Part shown: positions 14,293-27,272 of the stretch, one piece after another
How the letters are laid out: each line of letters opens with the position of its first letter
Numbering within the stretch: position 1 is the stretch's first letter
Assembly: GCF_022539665.2 (NCBI RefSeq)
Contig: NC_081331.1
Coordinates: 8,680,001 to 8,744,000, forward strand
Direction of reading: 5' to 3'
DNA: 64,000 bases
Origin: Daphnia carinata
Lineage: Eukaryota
Notes under the pieces: generated by a model
Told to the model about the DNA's origin: nothing
The model's database searches: none
What the model saw: the letters and a program-made list of their open reading frames with translations, nothing else
Made by a program: the position numbers and the translations under genes

Positions 14293-17200
14293 ATGGATAA
14301 CTGGCGTCTGTATCTCATTCTCGTCGGATGTCTTGTCTTGGGCTTTGCTTCCGGATCGTCTATAGGTAAGTTTTAAATTATTCAAGAATTAGCATTTGTC
14401 AACCAACATGTTTTAATAGAATACATTCACTTCTTTTTCTCCTTATTTTACACACGCAAAAAAAAGAATGCAATGGAATTGAGGAGCCCAACAAGTTTAT
14501 ACTGTGCTACGCGAATGTCTCCACATCGCTGCCAACGCACGTAGATGTGTGTCGTTGCTCCCATCTAGTCGTGCCGTTCGCCGTAAATACTCTAATCAAC
14601 GCTAGCGTCACGTTAGATGAAGGTAATTGAGCAAGTCTGTACAGCCGTCTGTGTCAGAAGCCTGTTGCAATGTTACATCATCACTATTAAGATGATATTT
14701 TGGAGAACGGGTGATTCACGAATTGTTCATAACCGACAAGGTGGAAAGTAGACGATAAAGGGGGATGGATATGGTTTGAGCGAGAAGGTGATGGCACCAT
14801 TAATGTCCTTTCATTTTGCGGTTTTCACAGAATTAGTTGCGTTCTTGAAAGCCAGTGGCTCTCGGAATGGCGGCCGATTACGTCGCGTACTTTCGCTAAC
14901 CATGTCAACGGAAGATTTCTCGCCGATTTCTTCCGCTCAGTCGATTGCCACCAGTCTAGCAGGAATGATTGACGACCTACTCATCGAAGGCGTAGAAATT
15001 CACTGGCACCAGCCTAGCATCGACGAGAATTCAAAGAAAGACAAAGCGAACCTCGTTCTTTTCATGAAGGTAATGATTCTTTGACGTCTTGACTGAACTT
15101 AACGGTTGGCAGTTATTGAAGCCTCGATTGTAACTCAACTGCTTAAAACAATTGTTGTTATGCAATTACGTGTGTCCGTTCAGGAATTGCATGCGGTTCT
15201 TCAGGAAAAAATAATCGTCACTAGCAAAACGGATGCCACTAGCGACATGAACAGGTAGATATTGGTGACGTGCAAACGCATGGATTCTCTTGAGTGCACG
15301 AAATTTTACACTATTTTCATTTGCTTGGTGATCCAAAAGTACAAACGTAGAAGAGAATGGTGCCATTGATGCAACCCGGCCATTGATTCTTCTTCGTCTA
15401 CCGACAACACCGGAATTGTTGGTCAAGGCCTTCGATCTAAAGCCCTTGGCAAGGTGCGTTAACAAGACACACGGCTTTACACTTAGTTGTGTCGACAACT
15501 TCATTTAATTTTTAAAATTAATATTTATTTTTTTTTAAATTTTTGTGGGCATTTTTTAGAACTGCCGACTTATTCGTTGTAGCTACTCACGATATGGCAG
15601 ATGCGAACAATGTGACCTATCACCACAGCCGTCTAATGGGACTCTCTGATATCTTGAACACGGTAATCGATTTGCTTTTGTGCATAAAGTGGCTTGTAGT
15701 CACTTATGTAAATGAAACTGGTTTCACCGTTCAATGAATCTAAATGAAGGATTCTGTATTGGATTTGGTGGCAAGCCTCGGCGTATCATCTGATCGAGTG
15801 GTGGCGGCTATTCCAACCTTTGCCGTCCAATTTCGTCTGAGAGATGCACACCAAAATCTACCGGGATCGGCCATAGTCGGAGACCCTCTTCATATTAGCA
15901 AGGAACAGGTATGTTTTTTTTAGGCCGTTGATATGCTAGCTTCTATTGTGTCTCATCAATCTACGCCTGTCGTAAAAAAAAAAAATCCGAGAATATTTAT
16001 TTATTTCCTTAAACTGCGCCCATAGTTGTGTTCATTGCTGAGCAAGGGAAATTGGACCGTCGAGAGAGATGATGATCTCACAGGTACTTATGCCTACTCA
16101 GAGGATGGAGACTGGATCGCTTTCGACGACGAAATAGCTGCCCAGATTAAGGTGAGCTTCAGATTTGAAAGGCTTATTCCAAAATGTCACAAATTTTACG
16201 TTTTAATCACGTTTGCAATTGTAGGCAAAATATTTTCTTCTGCGTGATGTTGCCGGTGTGGCGATGATGCCAGCCAACATGGACGACAAGCTGACACACG
16301 GCTGTAATTCCAACAGTACAGAGCCATCAATCGTCCAAATCTACTACGACCTGTTCCATTACCAAGAATCCGGCGAACGGACAAGGCGCCAGTTGGCTAA
16401 CAGTCTCCAGGAGGACGTCTCTTCCATTGCGACAGCCTTATCCAGTCCACTGTACAACGAGCGTGTCAAGGCCTCACCGTATCGTATCGTTCGGATAGTC
16501 AGCCGTTCGGGAGAATCAAGCGTCATTCGCCAACCGTTGGAGAGCAGCCTGCAGTGCTCGCGCCAGGGCTACTATCGCCATCCAGAGGATTGCGGCCGTT
16601 TTTATCGTTGCGTTAAATTTGATCAGTACGTCGATGACTTCACAGTTTTCGAATACGATTGTCCAGAAGGGTTAGTATTCGACGAAAGGTACGAAGTCTG
16701 CACATGGCCCTCGCAAGCAGCTCCTTGTGGAGGTTCCAGTGAGATTCGACCCGTCCCGATGAACAAGTTCGTTTGTCCAGGGGAAGGTTACTTTGCCGAT
16801 CCCGAGAACTGTCGCTGGTTCTTCGCATGCCGTGACTACGCCAAAGATGGTTCTCCATTCACTCAATACGAATTTCGCTGTCCCTTCGGTCTTCTTTTCG
16901 ACGAACAGAATTTGATTTGTAACTGGCCATGGCTCGTACCACAGTGTTCAGGCGCCAGCACAGTCTACGCTGTCGGAAGTACCAGCAATGTCGACGTTGT
17001 CAAGTCGAAGCCACAACAGGGTAGTATTGCCATTGGAAGTCCTGGTTATCTTAGTGGAAAATTGGTTACTGGCGAAGGTCTCTACAAGGATCCACGCCCG
17101 GCGCCGTACATGGAAATCGTTGCTTCTACAGGTTGCATTGATTGCCAATCGGCCGGACTAGTTGTCCGAGATCCATCAGATGAAACTTATCCAGGATCGC

Positions 17201-20200
17201 CAAACGCGAAACAAGCCAAACTTGTACTTGCTATACCTGCCGCAACGATTGCTGACCAATCTACTCCTGTCCGTATCATCGTTGCTTCACCAGCTTCCTC
17301 TGAGCAGCAATACCTAGTGAGCACGACCCCATCGTCTTACGTACAAAAATACTCATCAACTACCACACCCGCATATAATACGGGCTACGGGCTCAGCTCA
17401 CATGGTCCGTCTGGCTCTCACGGATCCCCTGCCAATCAGCGTACTTACGAATCTTCCGGTTCTTCCCAATTATCTGCTTCCTCAGATATGTATGCCCCGT
17501 ACTCACCAGTATATCACGGAAACGAGCAAACATCAGGCTATCCCCGTGGTCCTACGTCAGTTAGCGCTAGCGCAACTGCTGAACAACAAGGGTCATACGG
17601 GAAAGGCGTATCAGATATTTATCGCAGCGAAACTTGGTCTAAGGCCAGTGGCCTTCCGTCTGCCTACTCTGATCCAACTGGCAAATATGCTGCACCCACC
17701 CAGGGATCCGGTATTTATTCTCCCCAAACTCAGCATGCTACCGTTGGCTACAACACGGGCGCTGGGCTCACTGGCGCTTCTAGTTATCTAGGTAAGCTCT
17801 TTTCTTTAAACTGTTTCTCTCGCTTTTAATTTTATTATTTATTTTTTATTATTTTTTTATTATTATTTTAACTATTATTATTATTATTATTATTGTGGTA
17901 CATTACAGCCGAAGTTTAACAATCTAATCTTGTCAAGTCCAAACAGGCAAAGATGGCGCACAAGTACCAGACGGATCTCCAGGGTATTCTAGTGGTCTAG
18001 GTTCAGAAGGCGAACGCGGACAATATGACGGTTATTCCGGTGGTGGACATGCTGGTTCGGTCAATACTGCAGGTAAGCCAGGTTTCCCTGACTTTCAAGC
18101 GACGATTGGGTATTCTAAAAATTTGTTTGAAGGTTCCACATCTTCGTATAAAGCCACGGCACAAGATGCGTCTAAAGACAATTCACGTTATTCGCAATAC
18201 CAAGACGGCGCACCGGCCTATCAAGTTCCCACTACAGAAGCGTCGTACATGCCGCACAAACCAGAAAAATCGGAATACCAGGCTCCTGCGGTGGCTCAAA
18301 AGAAACCAGATTCTCCCTATCCAATTCATGTTTCTACCGAAAATGTTTCTGGTGGTTTCAACGGCGCCCCTGCTTCTGCCAGCAAAACTGTTGTTGAAGC
18401 CTATAAGGATACTGCGTCCTATTATGAAGCTCCTGCTCCCGCGTACAAAGCTACTGCTCCAGCCTACCAAGCTCCTGCTCCGAGCTACCAAGCTCCTGCT
18501 CCGAGCTACCAAGCTCCTGCTCCAAGCAATCAAGCTCCTGCTCCAAGCTATCAAGCTCCTGCTCCGAGCTACCATGCTCCTGCTCCGAGCTATCAAGCTC
18601 CTGCGCCGAGCTACCAAGCTCCTGCTCCCACCTACAAAGCTCCTGCTCCAGCCTACGAGGCTCCTGCACCAGCCTATCAAGCTCCTGCCCCAGCCTACCA
18701 AGCTCCTGCCCCAGCCTACAAAGCTCCTGCCCCAGCCTACCAAGCTCCTGCTCCTGCCTACGAATCTTCTTCTCCAGATTACAAAGCTCCTGCTTCAGTG
18801 TACAAAACTCCTGCGCCTTCCTATGAAGCTCCTTCTTCCAGCTACAAATCTGCTTCCCCCGCCTACAAAGCTCCTGCCTCCGTCTACCAAGCTCCTGAGC
18901 CTGCCTATAAAGCTCCCGTCTATGAAGTTCCTTCTCCCGTCTACAAAGCTCCTGCCCCTGTCTACCAACCTCCTGCTCCTGCATACGAAACCGCTACTCT
19001 TGCCTACGAAGCTCCTGCTCCCGCGTACCAAGCTCCGGCTCCCGCGTACCAAGCTCCGGCTCCCGCGTACCAAGCTCCGGCTCCCGCGTACCAAGCTCCG
19101 GCTCCCGCGTACCAAGCTCCGGCTCCCGCGTACCAAGCTCCGGCTCCCGCGTACCAAGCTCCGGCTCCCGCGTACCAAGCTCCGGCTCCCGCGTACCAAG
19201 CTCCGGCTCCCGCGTATCAAGCTCCTGCTCCCGCATACCAAGCTCCGGCTCCCGCGTACCAAGCTCCGGCTCCCGCGTATCATGCTTCGGCTCCAGAGTA
19301 CCAAGCTCCTGCTCCAGCGTACCAAGCTCCTGCTCCAGCGTACCAAGCTCCTACTCCAGAGTACCAAGCTCCTGCTCCAGCGTACCAAGCTCCTGCTCCA
19401 GCGTACCAAGCTCCTGCTCCTGTGTACCAAGCTCCTGCTCCCGTGTACCAAGCGCCTGCTCCTGTGTACCAAACGCCCGCTCCTGTTTACGAAGCCTCTA
19501 CTCCCGCCTACGAAGCTTCTTCTTCTGCCATCAAATCTCCTGCTCCTGTCTATGAAACTCGCGTGCATGTTCACGGGACCACCACAGCTGTGAAAGAGGC
19601 ATCTATTCCATACTATCCAGCAACGTCCACAACTCCACCTAGCCAAGCTTACGAAGCTGCGGACCCTAGCTACAAACCCCTGGTATCCGGCTATAAAACC
19701 ACAGCGTCTGTCCACCAAACCTCTTTCCCGATCTACGACGAATCTACCTCCGTCTACAAAGCATCGGTTACAGTGGATCAAGTTTCACCCCCCGCCTACA
19801 AAAGCCCTACGTCCGTTTATACAACTCCATTCAGCGGCACTGACACATCCAACATTCGTATCCACGACGAGAAGACGGTTGTCGATAAAGCTAAGCCTTC
19901 TACTTACGAAAAACCCGCTCCTGCCGTCAAAGCCGACACTGGATCTCATTACAGCGTGTCAGCGCCGATCTACGAAGATCCTACTCCAATGGAATTGAAC
20001 AAACCGTACGGTCCGCCTACACCTCGTCCATCAGGGCCTTCTGCTTACGATTCTCAGCAAGCTGATGACAAGAGTAAAAATGGATATTCCTCGACATTGA
20101 CTGTCCCTTACGTTGAAGCGGAAGAGACAGGAGATGAACAGAAGCCATCCTATCCAGCTAACACAGTTAAGAACCATGCTAAGGGATATGATCGGAAACA

Positions 20201-22070
20201 AAATTTCGCGTCAGTCGCTGTTCATGGCTACAACGAACCGACCAGTAAACAGACTGTTTCCGGAGCAGGTGTCAGCGCACAGCAGGGCAAGACGAATGAA
20301 GCGACTGCGAACACAACTCCTTCGTATGCTTCCAATGCTGAATCTAGCAAAACGCAACAAGTCCATCAAGATTATGGAAATGGTTACGTGAAAGGCGAGA
20401 CTAAAGTAACTACTTCATCTTATTCTTCAGGCGTGGCATTATCCGTACAACAAAACGGCAGTGAGAAAAGCCAAGGAACATCGATTAAAAAAACGGAATG
20501 GGATATAGAGGATCTTTTCCATCGAGGTTCTCCAAGTGAAAAAACGACAAAAGCGCCCAGCAGACGACCAACTTCATCACTTACCAATGCCATGCGCGAC
20601 GTCAAACAACCGATGAAAGCATATCAAGAAATGGGCAAGGTTAGTGGATCTCGACTTACTGGATCTGCTGGTGAAACGCGAGGAACAGGTGGAACTGGCG
20701 GAACAAGGGGAACAGGTGGAACCTACGGAACAAGGGGTACAGGTGGAGTCGGTGGAACGCGAGGGTCAGGAGGCGTCGATGACACTCGGCGAGGAGGTCT
20801 TGGAAGTAGAACACAAGGTTCCGCAGGATACAAATCAGCCAGCGGGCTACGCGATACGACATACGGAGCTCCTGCTGCAGTGAGTGCAACACGATACAAC
20901 GTTGCAGGGCACAGCACAGCATGGGACGGTTCAAGCGGTGGAGTACACGGAAAAAGTAACCAAAACACCAATTCACCCACTTCCAGGTATCAGGATGATT
21001 ACGAGACGTCCGGTCAGCTTGGAGATCATACGTTCGGGTTGAAGGAGGATGTAAAAACTAAAAATAAATATAATGCTTCTCAACTAGACGTGGTCCAATC
21101 CCGCACTGCAAGTGTGAGGCCGAAAGCAGATTCAGACGCCAACAGAAGAGTTTCGAACGGCAAAATTTCTTACGCTGGCAGTCGCATCGCAAACGGAAAG
21201 TCCAGTAGCAAACAACAAGACGTTTCAGATGCGATTGGTCATGTTGAATACAAAGGTTCAGACCGTGGTTATGACGAACAGCGGAAGGCGGAAGCGACAT
21301 CGGGTGTCGATTATCAAACACGCCAATCTCAGTCAGATGCAACGACATCACGCCCTGTTTCTATTTACCGCGACAAAGTGTCTTCACCACCAACAACAGA
21401 TGAAGTCAACACATCTTACAGCGACAAAAAAATCACGGTTAAAGTCCCGTCAACCAACAAAGCAGCTATTTTGGAAAAATGGACCACTGCCTCTTCGTCT
21501 GCTTTTAACACTAAAACAGACAGCGTTGGAGCAAACCGCCCGGCGGTTGGTAGCGAGTCTTATGCGCATGCTGCATCAGTTAAACCACAATCTTCAGTCA
21601 AGGATTTGAAGTTAAATAATAGACAAGGGATCAAGAACAGAGTCAACGTTAAGACGGAGAATCAACGCATCACTGTTCAATCTAATGGCGAAACATCGGC
21701 AAGTACTGCAATCACGTCGTCTTCTGGGAAGAAAATTTCCAGCGATGGCTTGGGGGCCATCACCGAAATCGAATATGGTAACAGGTATTTGGAAAAGATT
21801 ACAATTGCCCAAGCGACGGCAAGAAACGAAACACTGGGGTCGGAGGTATGTGTTCGAGCCGGTCTCTTCCGTCACCCATCTGATTGTCAAAAGTTTTACG
21901 AATGTTACTGGGATCGTTGGATTCGTCAGTATACGGTACATATATTTAAATGCCCTGTTCATCTTGTATACGATGACTATATAACAGCCTGCAACTGGCC
22001 ATTGGACGGGCCAGCTTGCGTTCCTCACGAAGCTGTTAAGCTCTACCCTGAGCTACCATCAGCTGCCTGA
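14293..22070 (+). CDS. Secreted chitinase-like protein (~2,223 aa): signal peptide, degenerate GH18, two tandem CBM14, long YQAPAPA/Ser-Thr-rich stalk, C-terminal CBM14
   Basis: Exons 14293-14365 (signal peptide MDNWRLYLILVGCLVLGFASG), 14467-14622, 14831-15069, 15184-15254, 15340-15453, 15560-15662, 15750-15908, 16026-16151, 16225-17791, 17947-18072, 18133-22070; phases add up (6672 nt). GH18 hallmarks: LCYA...VCRCSHLV, YAYSEDGDWIAFDD, KAKYFLLRDVAGVAMMPANMDD. Six-Cys peritrophin-A domains CSRQG...C, CPGEG...C and CVRAG...C. Confidence 0.88.
18420..19560 (+). repeat. Coding 21-bp tandem repeat (YQAPAPA heptad)
   Basis: Unit TACCAAGCTCC(T/G)GCTCC(C/A)GC(G/C); near-identical core copies at about 19025-19275 and diverged flanking copies. 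Confidence 0.95.
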
Positions 22071-23470
22071 AATCTAAGGCTCTCCATACTTGCTGACCTA
22101 CCGGCAGCATTCTCAATATTGGGAAACACTCCAGGGCTAAATTTTCTTTAAGATTTGCAGTTGCATTCTATACTTAAGTACGTAGATTTACACATAAATT
22201 CTCGGGTGTGAAATAATCTGAGATTCTTTTTTTAAAACTATTGGCTTATTTGTTTGAAAATCATATGAATGTCAAGAGATGGTCGTCGAGTTGTGGCGAA
22301 TTTCAATTGAAATGTACCAATGGGGATCGCCTCACATTGCTTTCAAAAATCCTACTTTTTGCACCTAAACAGAATAAGTAATTTGCATTCTTAGTTCTAT
22401 AATTCACCAATCCTTTGAAGATTACCGATAACATATACAGTCGCTTAGAAACTTACCTAGATCCCACTCGATAGCATTTTTTACCTATTAAAGGGTTGTC
22501 AGTTTCATGTACGAGATTTGCGTACTTTTACTACACATTATTGTGCATTTATTCTGCCTCTTGAATTGGATCCTGGTATATGAGTAACCAATTTAGCTAG
22601 CTTTTCATTGTTCATGAACAGGTTACATACGAAAATTATATAAGATTTTTCCCAGGGCCATTTACTAAATGCTCATGCACATCAAAAAGTTTTAATTCAT
22701 GTCTGAGATCTACTCCACATTCCGGCTTTGGAACGGAAGACAATGAAGAAAATCTCTACTATTATTTATTTCAACAGAACAGTGAGTTTTTTTTTTTACC
22801 TGGTAAAATCTTTGTGGGTATTGTATATACATAAAGCTTATTCTATAATACACCAGTTTCGGGCATAAACGACAATTGACCACGATTCTTTATATACAAC
22901 CAAAATGCATCAGGAAAACAAACCTTATGAATCAAATTGTTACACGCAAGAGAGTATATGTTGGTAAAGTGCCGGTCCACTTATAGAAACGCCTAGCTAT
23001 GGAACCGGCACGGTTATCGAACCAATTTTTCCCTTGCCATGTTTCAGCGCCGCTGTTGGCTGTATTTTGAACTAGATTCGTGTTTCGGTGGCGGGAATCA
23101 ATGGGATGCACTTTAAAACATGCAAACAAATATTACTTCAATTGGCTTAATAAGCATATATTGAATAATTGATATTGAATAATTGACGGAAAAGTAATTC
23201 GAAAGCATGAAAAGTAAATGCGAACAGCATTACCGTTGTGCTATACGGCTTTCGCAGACCGTCAAAGTTTGGGTAATGAATGAATAGACCATAGATGACT
23301 GTGATCGGGTACCTGGTTATAGAACAACATGGTCTCCGCGAGTTGACTCGACCGTTCGGGTTCCCAGCGGCACACGATTCCTGCGTTTTGATTGGCTCAC
23401 CAACCAGTACACACCGCCACTGAAGAAGGCAACAACCCGGCTGTCAAAGTGTCTTCTGCAACCATCGTCT

Positions 23471-24659
23471 CCCTAGTAGCACGCGGTGCCGTTTCGGTAC
23501 CCGAAAGGTGCCGCACATACCGGAAAGGCATCCGCACCGATTTCAGGCACCAAAACGGCACCAAAATGGGACCCGTTTTTGGATACTAAGGCATCCTCAA
23601 GGCGGGTATGAAAAGGGTACCATTCCGGCACCCGAAACGTTCCGCAGATGACGGAGAGAGCCGACACACCTTTCGGGCACCAAAACGGTACCAAAATGGT
23701 ACCATTTAAATATTGTGCTCATTTAAAAAAATTTAGTAAATGAGCCAACTAATTGTATATTAAATTTAAAACATATTATTTGGGTATAATTATAAACCTT
23801 AGCGAAATGGAAAGATGATGCAATTCTTAGAAAAAGAATCTGATAAAAAAAAATACTCATATAACTAAAATTACATTAAAAAATAATATTTTTTAGGATA
23901 TTTAAAGAATTTAAAATTCTTATTAATCCAAATATAACTATTGTATTATGTTGTATAGACAATTTGTATTAAAAATAATAGTATTAACAAATCAAACTTA
24001 AGTTTGAAAATAAAAAAAAATTTAGCATAATTAGTTTAATTACTTATGAGGGAACGAAAGTTAACTTTCGTTCTCGAAATTAAGTTAATTAATTAGAAAA
24101 ATTAATTAAAATTAATTTCAAAAATTAATTAAAATTAATTTCAAAAATTAATTAAAATTAGTTAAACCGAAATTAAGTTAAATTTAACTAATTATTGATT
24201 ATAAGTTAATAATTAATTATTTATATTAAGTTAAATTTAACTTAATTTTGACTTCATCTTTACGCTTATTAAATTCTTTTTGTGACCTGTTGAAAAAAAC
24301 TAAGTATTTTTCTAGGTTACCAAGTTATATAGTTCGGAAATAGTAGTAATAATAAGATTAGAAGGGTCTAGTGGAAAGAACATCCGGTTGTGATGCGGGA
24401 GACCCGAGTTCGATCCCAGCCACAGCCTTTTCTTTTTTTCGATTTGCCTAAAAATCTGTCATTTCGGTTACAATAACGGCACCGTTTTGGTGCCGTACAT
24501 GGTGTGTGAAAACGGTACCGGTTTTCCGGTGTTTGGGGGGGCGGACATCGTGTGCGAATTCGTAATGAATTCGATGGGAATCCGGCACCAAAACGGTACC
24601 TGACCTACCTAATCCCGGCACCAAAACGGTGCCAAAACGGTGCCGATGTGCTACTAGGG
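23471..24659. mobile_element. Non-autonomous CCC...GGG DNA transposon (EnSpm/CMC-like MITE, 1189 bp)
   Basis: TIR CCCTAGTAGCAC (23471-23482) / GTGCTACTAGGG (24648-24659). 2-bp flanks CT/CT. Subterminal GGCACCAAAACGG-type repeats at both ends and a very AT-rich core. Superfamily is inferred from the termini and TSD. Confidence 0.85.
24365..24427 (+). pseudogene. tRNA-His-like (GTG) module inside the MITE
   Basis: A-box GGTCTAGTGG, loop TT-GTG-AT, B-box GAGTTCGATCC, 3' CACAGCC followed by TTTT. The 5' acceptor strand is missing. Confidence 0.7.
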
Positions 24660-24789
24660 CTGCATCATTTAAAATGTCAAAATGGGCCTAAAATTACTTC
24701 CAAAAGCTTCCCTTATTGTGAACTCAACCAAGAATAATTGGAAAACTGATCAGTAGTTAGAGAAACAAAAAAGAAAGAAAGAAATTTCA

Positions 24790-25220
24790 GGTAGGAAGGA
24801 ATTTAAAGAAAAGATTGAAAAGAGCTCAACAACCTGGTACTGGATTGGGAGGAAGGACTTATGGTCTTTTAAACAGAAAGAGTGGGGTGTGTTCAAACAA
24901 TAGTTCTTCAATTGAAAAAGGAAAACCGTGCTGGAATATCTGCCAATCAGTTTCCTAAGTCTGTTTCATGTGTTCCAGAAGAAAATGTTACCCTATGTGA
25001 AGCTAAGAATGAGGACCATCCTAATCTGTTTCATGGCTTGAGACAAACCGAAGAGGATCAATTAGGTCTTTTAGTAAATATGTAAATTCATGAATTATTG
25101 TTAGATAGTACCTTAAAGATCTTACTTCTATAGGAATTGATGCTTTGAATAAAAGATTGAAGATAATCTGTGAAGAAAACTTAATCGCAAGATAACTTTT
25201 TGAATTCCAGGTTGTCATAG
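24790..25220 (+). pseudogene. Degenerate transposase-like fragment (possibly Kolobok-type)
   Basis: Translation VGRNLKKRLKRAQQPGTGLGGRTYGLL resembles the G..L...GLGG(K/R) segment of Kolobok-type transposases; later LKIICEENLIAR* resembles LL.RCL. Has stops and frameshifts; recognised by eye only. Confidence 0.3.
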
Positions 25221-25304
25221 AAAAAAAGAAAAGTTACGAGAAGTGAGCAGATGGTCAAAAGTGCATTGCTAATGCATGGGATGTGAAGAGAGATGCCTTG
25301 ATGG

Positions 25305-25945
25305 ATGCAAAAAGGAAAACCCCAATTAATTTTGGAAATGCCATCTGTGGGCAAAATATATTAATTATTTACCTTTTAAAATAGAGTTATGGCGGGTTTG
25401 GCGCAAAACCCCTATAAGTTGGGTTGGGTAATTTAAGTATAGACACCTTTTTGTCAATGTCCCAGGTGTTATGAAAAGTATCTGGAAAAAGTAGTGTATA
25501 CTCTTTTTTTGTCAGATTCCCCCCCCCCCCGGCTAAGATGAAAAATGTCTAATAAACAGATAGCCACCCTCCATCGCCCACTTTGGTCTTGATCAACTCT
25601 ATAGCACTTAGAAATAATTTTCGCCACATATCGGAATCGAAACACTTCAATCCGTGTCTGAATCCAACACTATACTGCTGAGCTACTACTTAAAATAAAA
25701 AATTATTGTAGATATCTATCTAATCGTTTAGTTTATGGAGGCTGAATGAAAAAAAAACTGTTATATACTGATGCAACGTTTAGTCTTTATGAGTCGTAAG
25801 CGGTTTGTATCGGTTTGCGGCGCGGAAAGACCAGGTTCAGATTTGATAAAGGTGATAGGTAACTATAGCATAATGTTTCAAGAAGTAATTTTCAGCATTA
25901 CAATGTCGGATTGAGACACGTATTGCAGTGGTTCAATCCAGATAT
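25305..25945. mobile_element. Truncated, diverged copy of the Tc1/mariner-like MITE at 55039-56106
   Basis: Shares GCCATCT.TGGG.AAAATATATTAATT...TTTGGCGCAAAACCCC.ATAAGTTGGGTTGGGTAATTTAAGT.TAGACACCTTTT with 55082-55250, and has tRNA-like remnants in both orientations (~25630-25690 minus, ~25900-25945 plus). Confidence 0.8.
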
Positions 25946-27272
25946 AAGACGAAAATCTTTCTTAAAATCGATGGAATACTGTACTGGACTGAAAATCGTC
26001 GTTTTCACATGTTCCAATACGCTGTAAGTAATTGTAGATTTCATTTCATTTAATGTTACATTGATTGATACACTCACACAAAACTGTGAGCAATCTACCT
26101 TAAGCATCTCGCCTGAGGTCAACTAGCGAAATTTCGTTCTGATGTCCGTACGTGTGCAGGGTAAAAAAGCGAATTGGGACATAGGCACGGTTCCTGCTAA
26201 TTTGGGACAAAAAAATATACATTTTTTCGCTTTACGAATGGTAACTGATAAGGGTTCTATTAGGGCATCAGTTAGGCGAATTATAAACTAAAAGGTGGTT
26301 ACGCAAATTATCCAAAGAGCAAATTATAAAACAAATTACAATACCGAGAAAACGGTTATTGAAATTTTTTGATTTTTTTCAATATTTTTACATCAATCGA
26401 CGCACAGTGCAAAAATAAATCGATTGATGTAGGACATTTATACGATTTTGGCATTACTTGTCAAAAGTAGCACAAAAATGTTTCAGGGATTTACAATCTA
26501 GTCTGGCTTCAGCAGCGCGGTTTTTTAAAAATGAACTTACATCCTTTCACCTTTTTCGTAACTTCCAAGGTAATAAACTTTTTACATTTTTAAAGGTAAT
26601 TTCTTTTTTTTTATTTCATCTTCCGAGGTACAAAACGAGAAATTCATCGAAAACTGTTGTCCCTCCACCCCAACAAATGAGTATATGTACAATGTACAAT
26701 ATACAATATATACATTCTACCGTAGTAAAAAATTTTATGCATTGTTAAGGAACAGTCTCGAACATCATTACAGCGATATTGGTTGGGAATGGATAAGTTG
26801 AAAGCAATTTTTGTCGGTTTACAACTTCGGACATGTTTGTGGGAATCTCAATACTTTTTCCCCCCGAAATTTCCAATCCCATTTACTTGTTCGTTTTTTT
26901 ACCGGGGAAACTATGGCCTATTGGCTGCTTAAAGATAGAAGTGTATAATACAATTTTAAAAATCAAATCTTATGTTTGGGGTGAGTTTCGATCGCAAGTT
27001 ACCAGTCCTGAATAGAGGATGTCTCGTTTTGACAGCTCATTGTCTTGGTTATTCAAAACCTAATTTCACTATATTTTACTATTGCACCCTCTTCAGCGTC
27101 TTAACCTATCCGATTCAGAATTAAAACTGAATCGAATGAATGAATTAGTTTTGAAAAATAAGCCTCTCCAGAGTTAGCATAAATTTCCAATGAACTAGGG
27201 TTTTTGTGCGAAATTAGCAGATCGGCTTTACACACATTCCCCATAAGAGAGACTGTTCACCCAAACGCTGTC

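Noticed and set aside
18025..19781. Long alternative-frame and antisense ORFs (522 aa, 328 aa, etc.)
   Set aside because: By-products of the stop-free 21-bp coding repeat.
26403..26430. CACAGTG Transib/RSS-like terminus
   Set aside because: No matching inverted end or TSD found.
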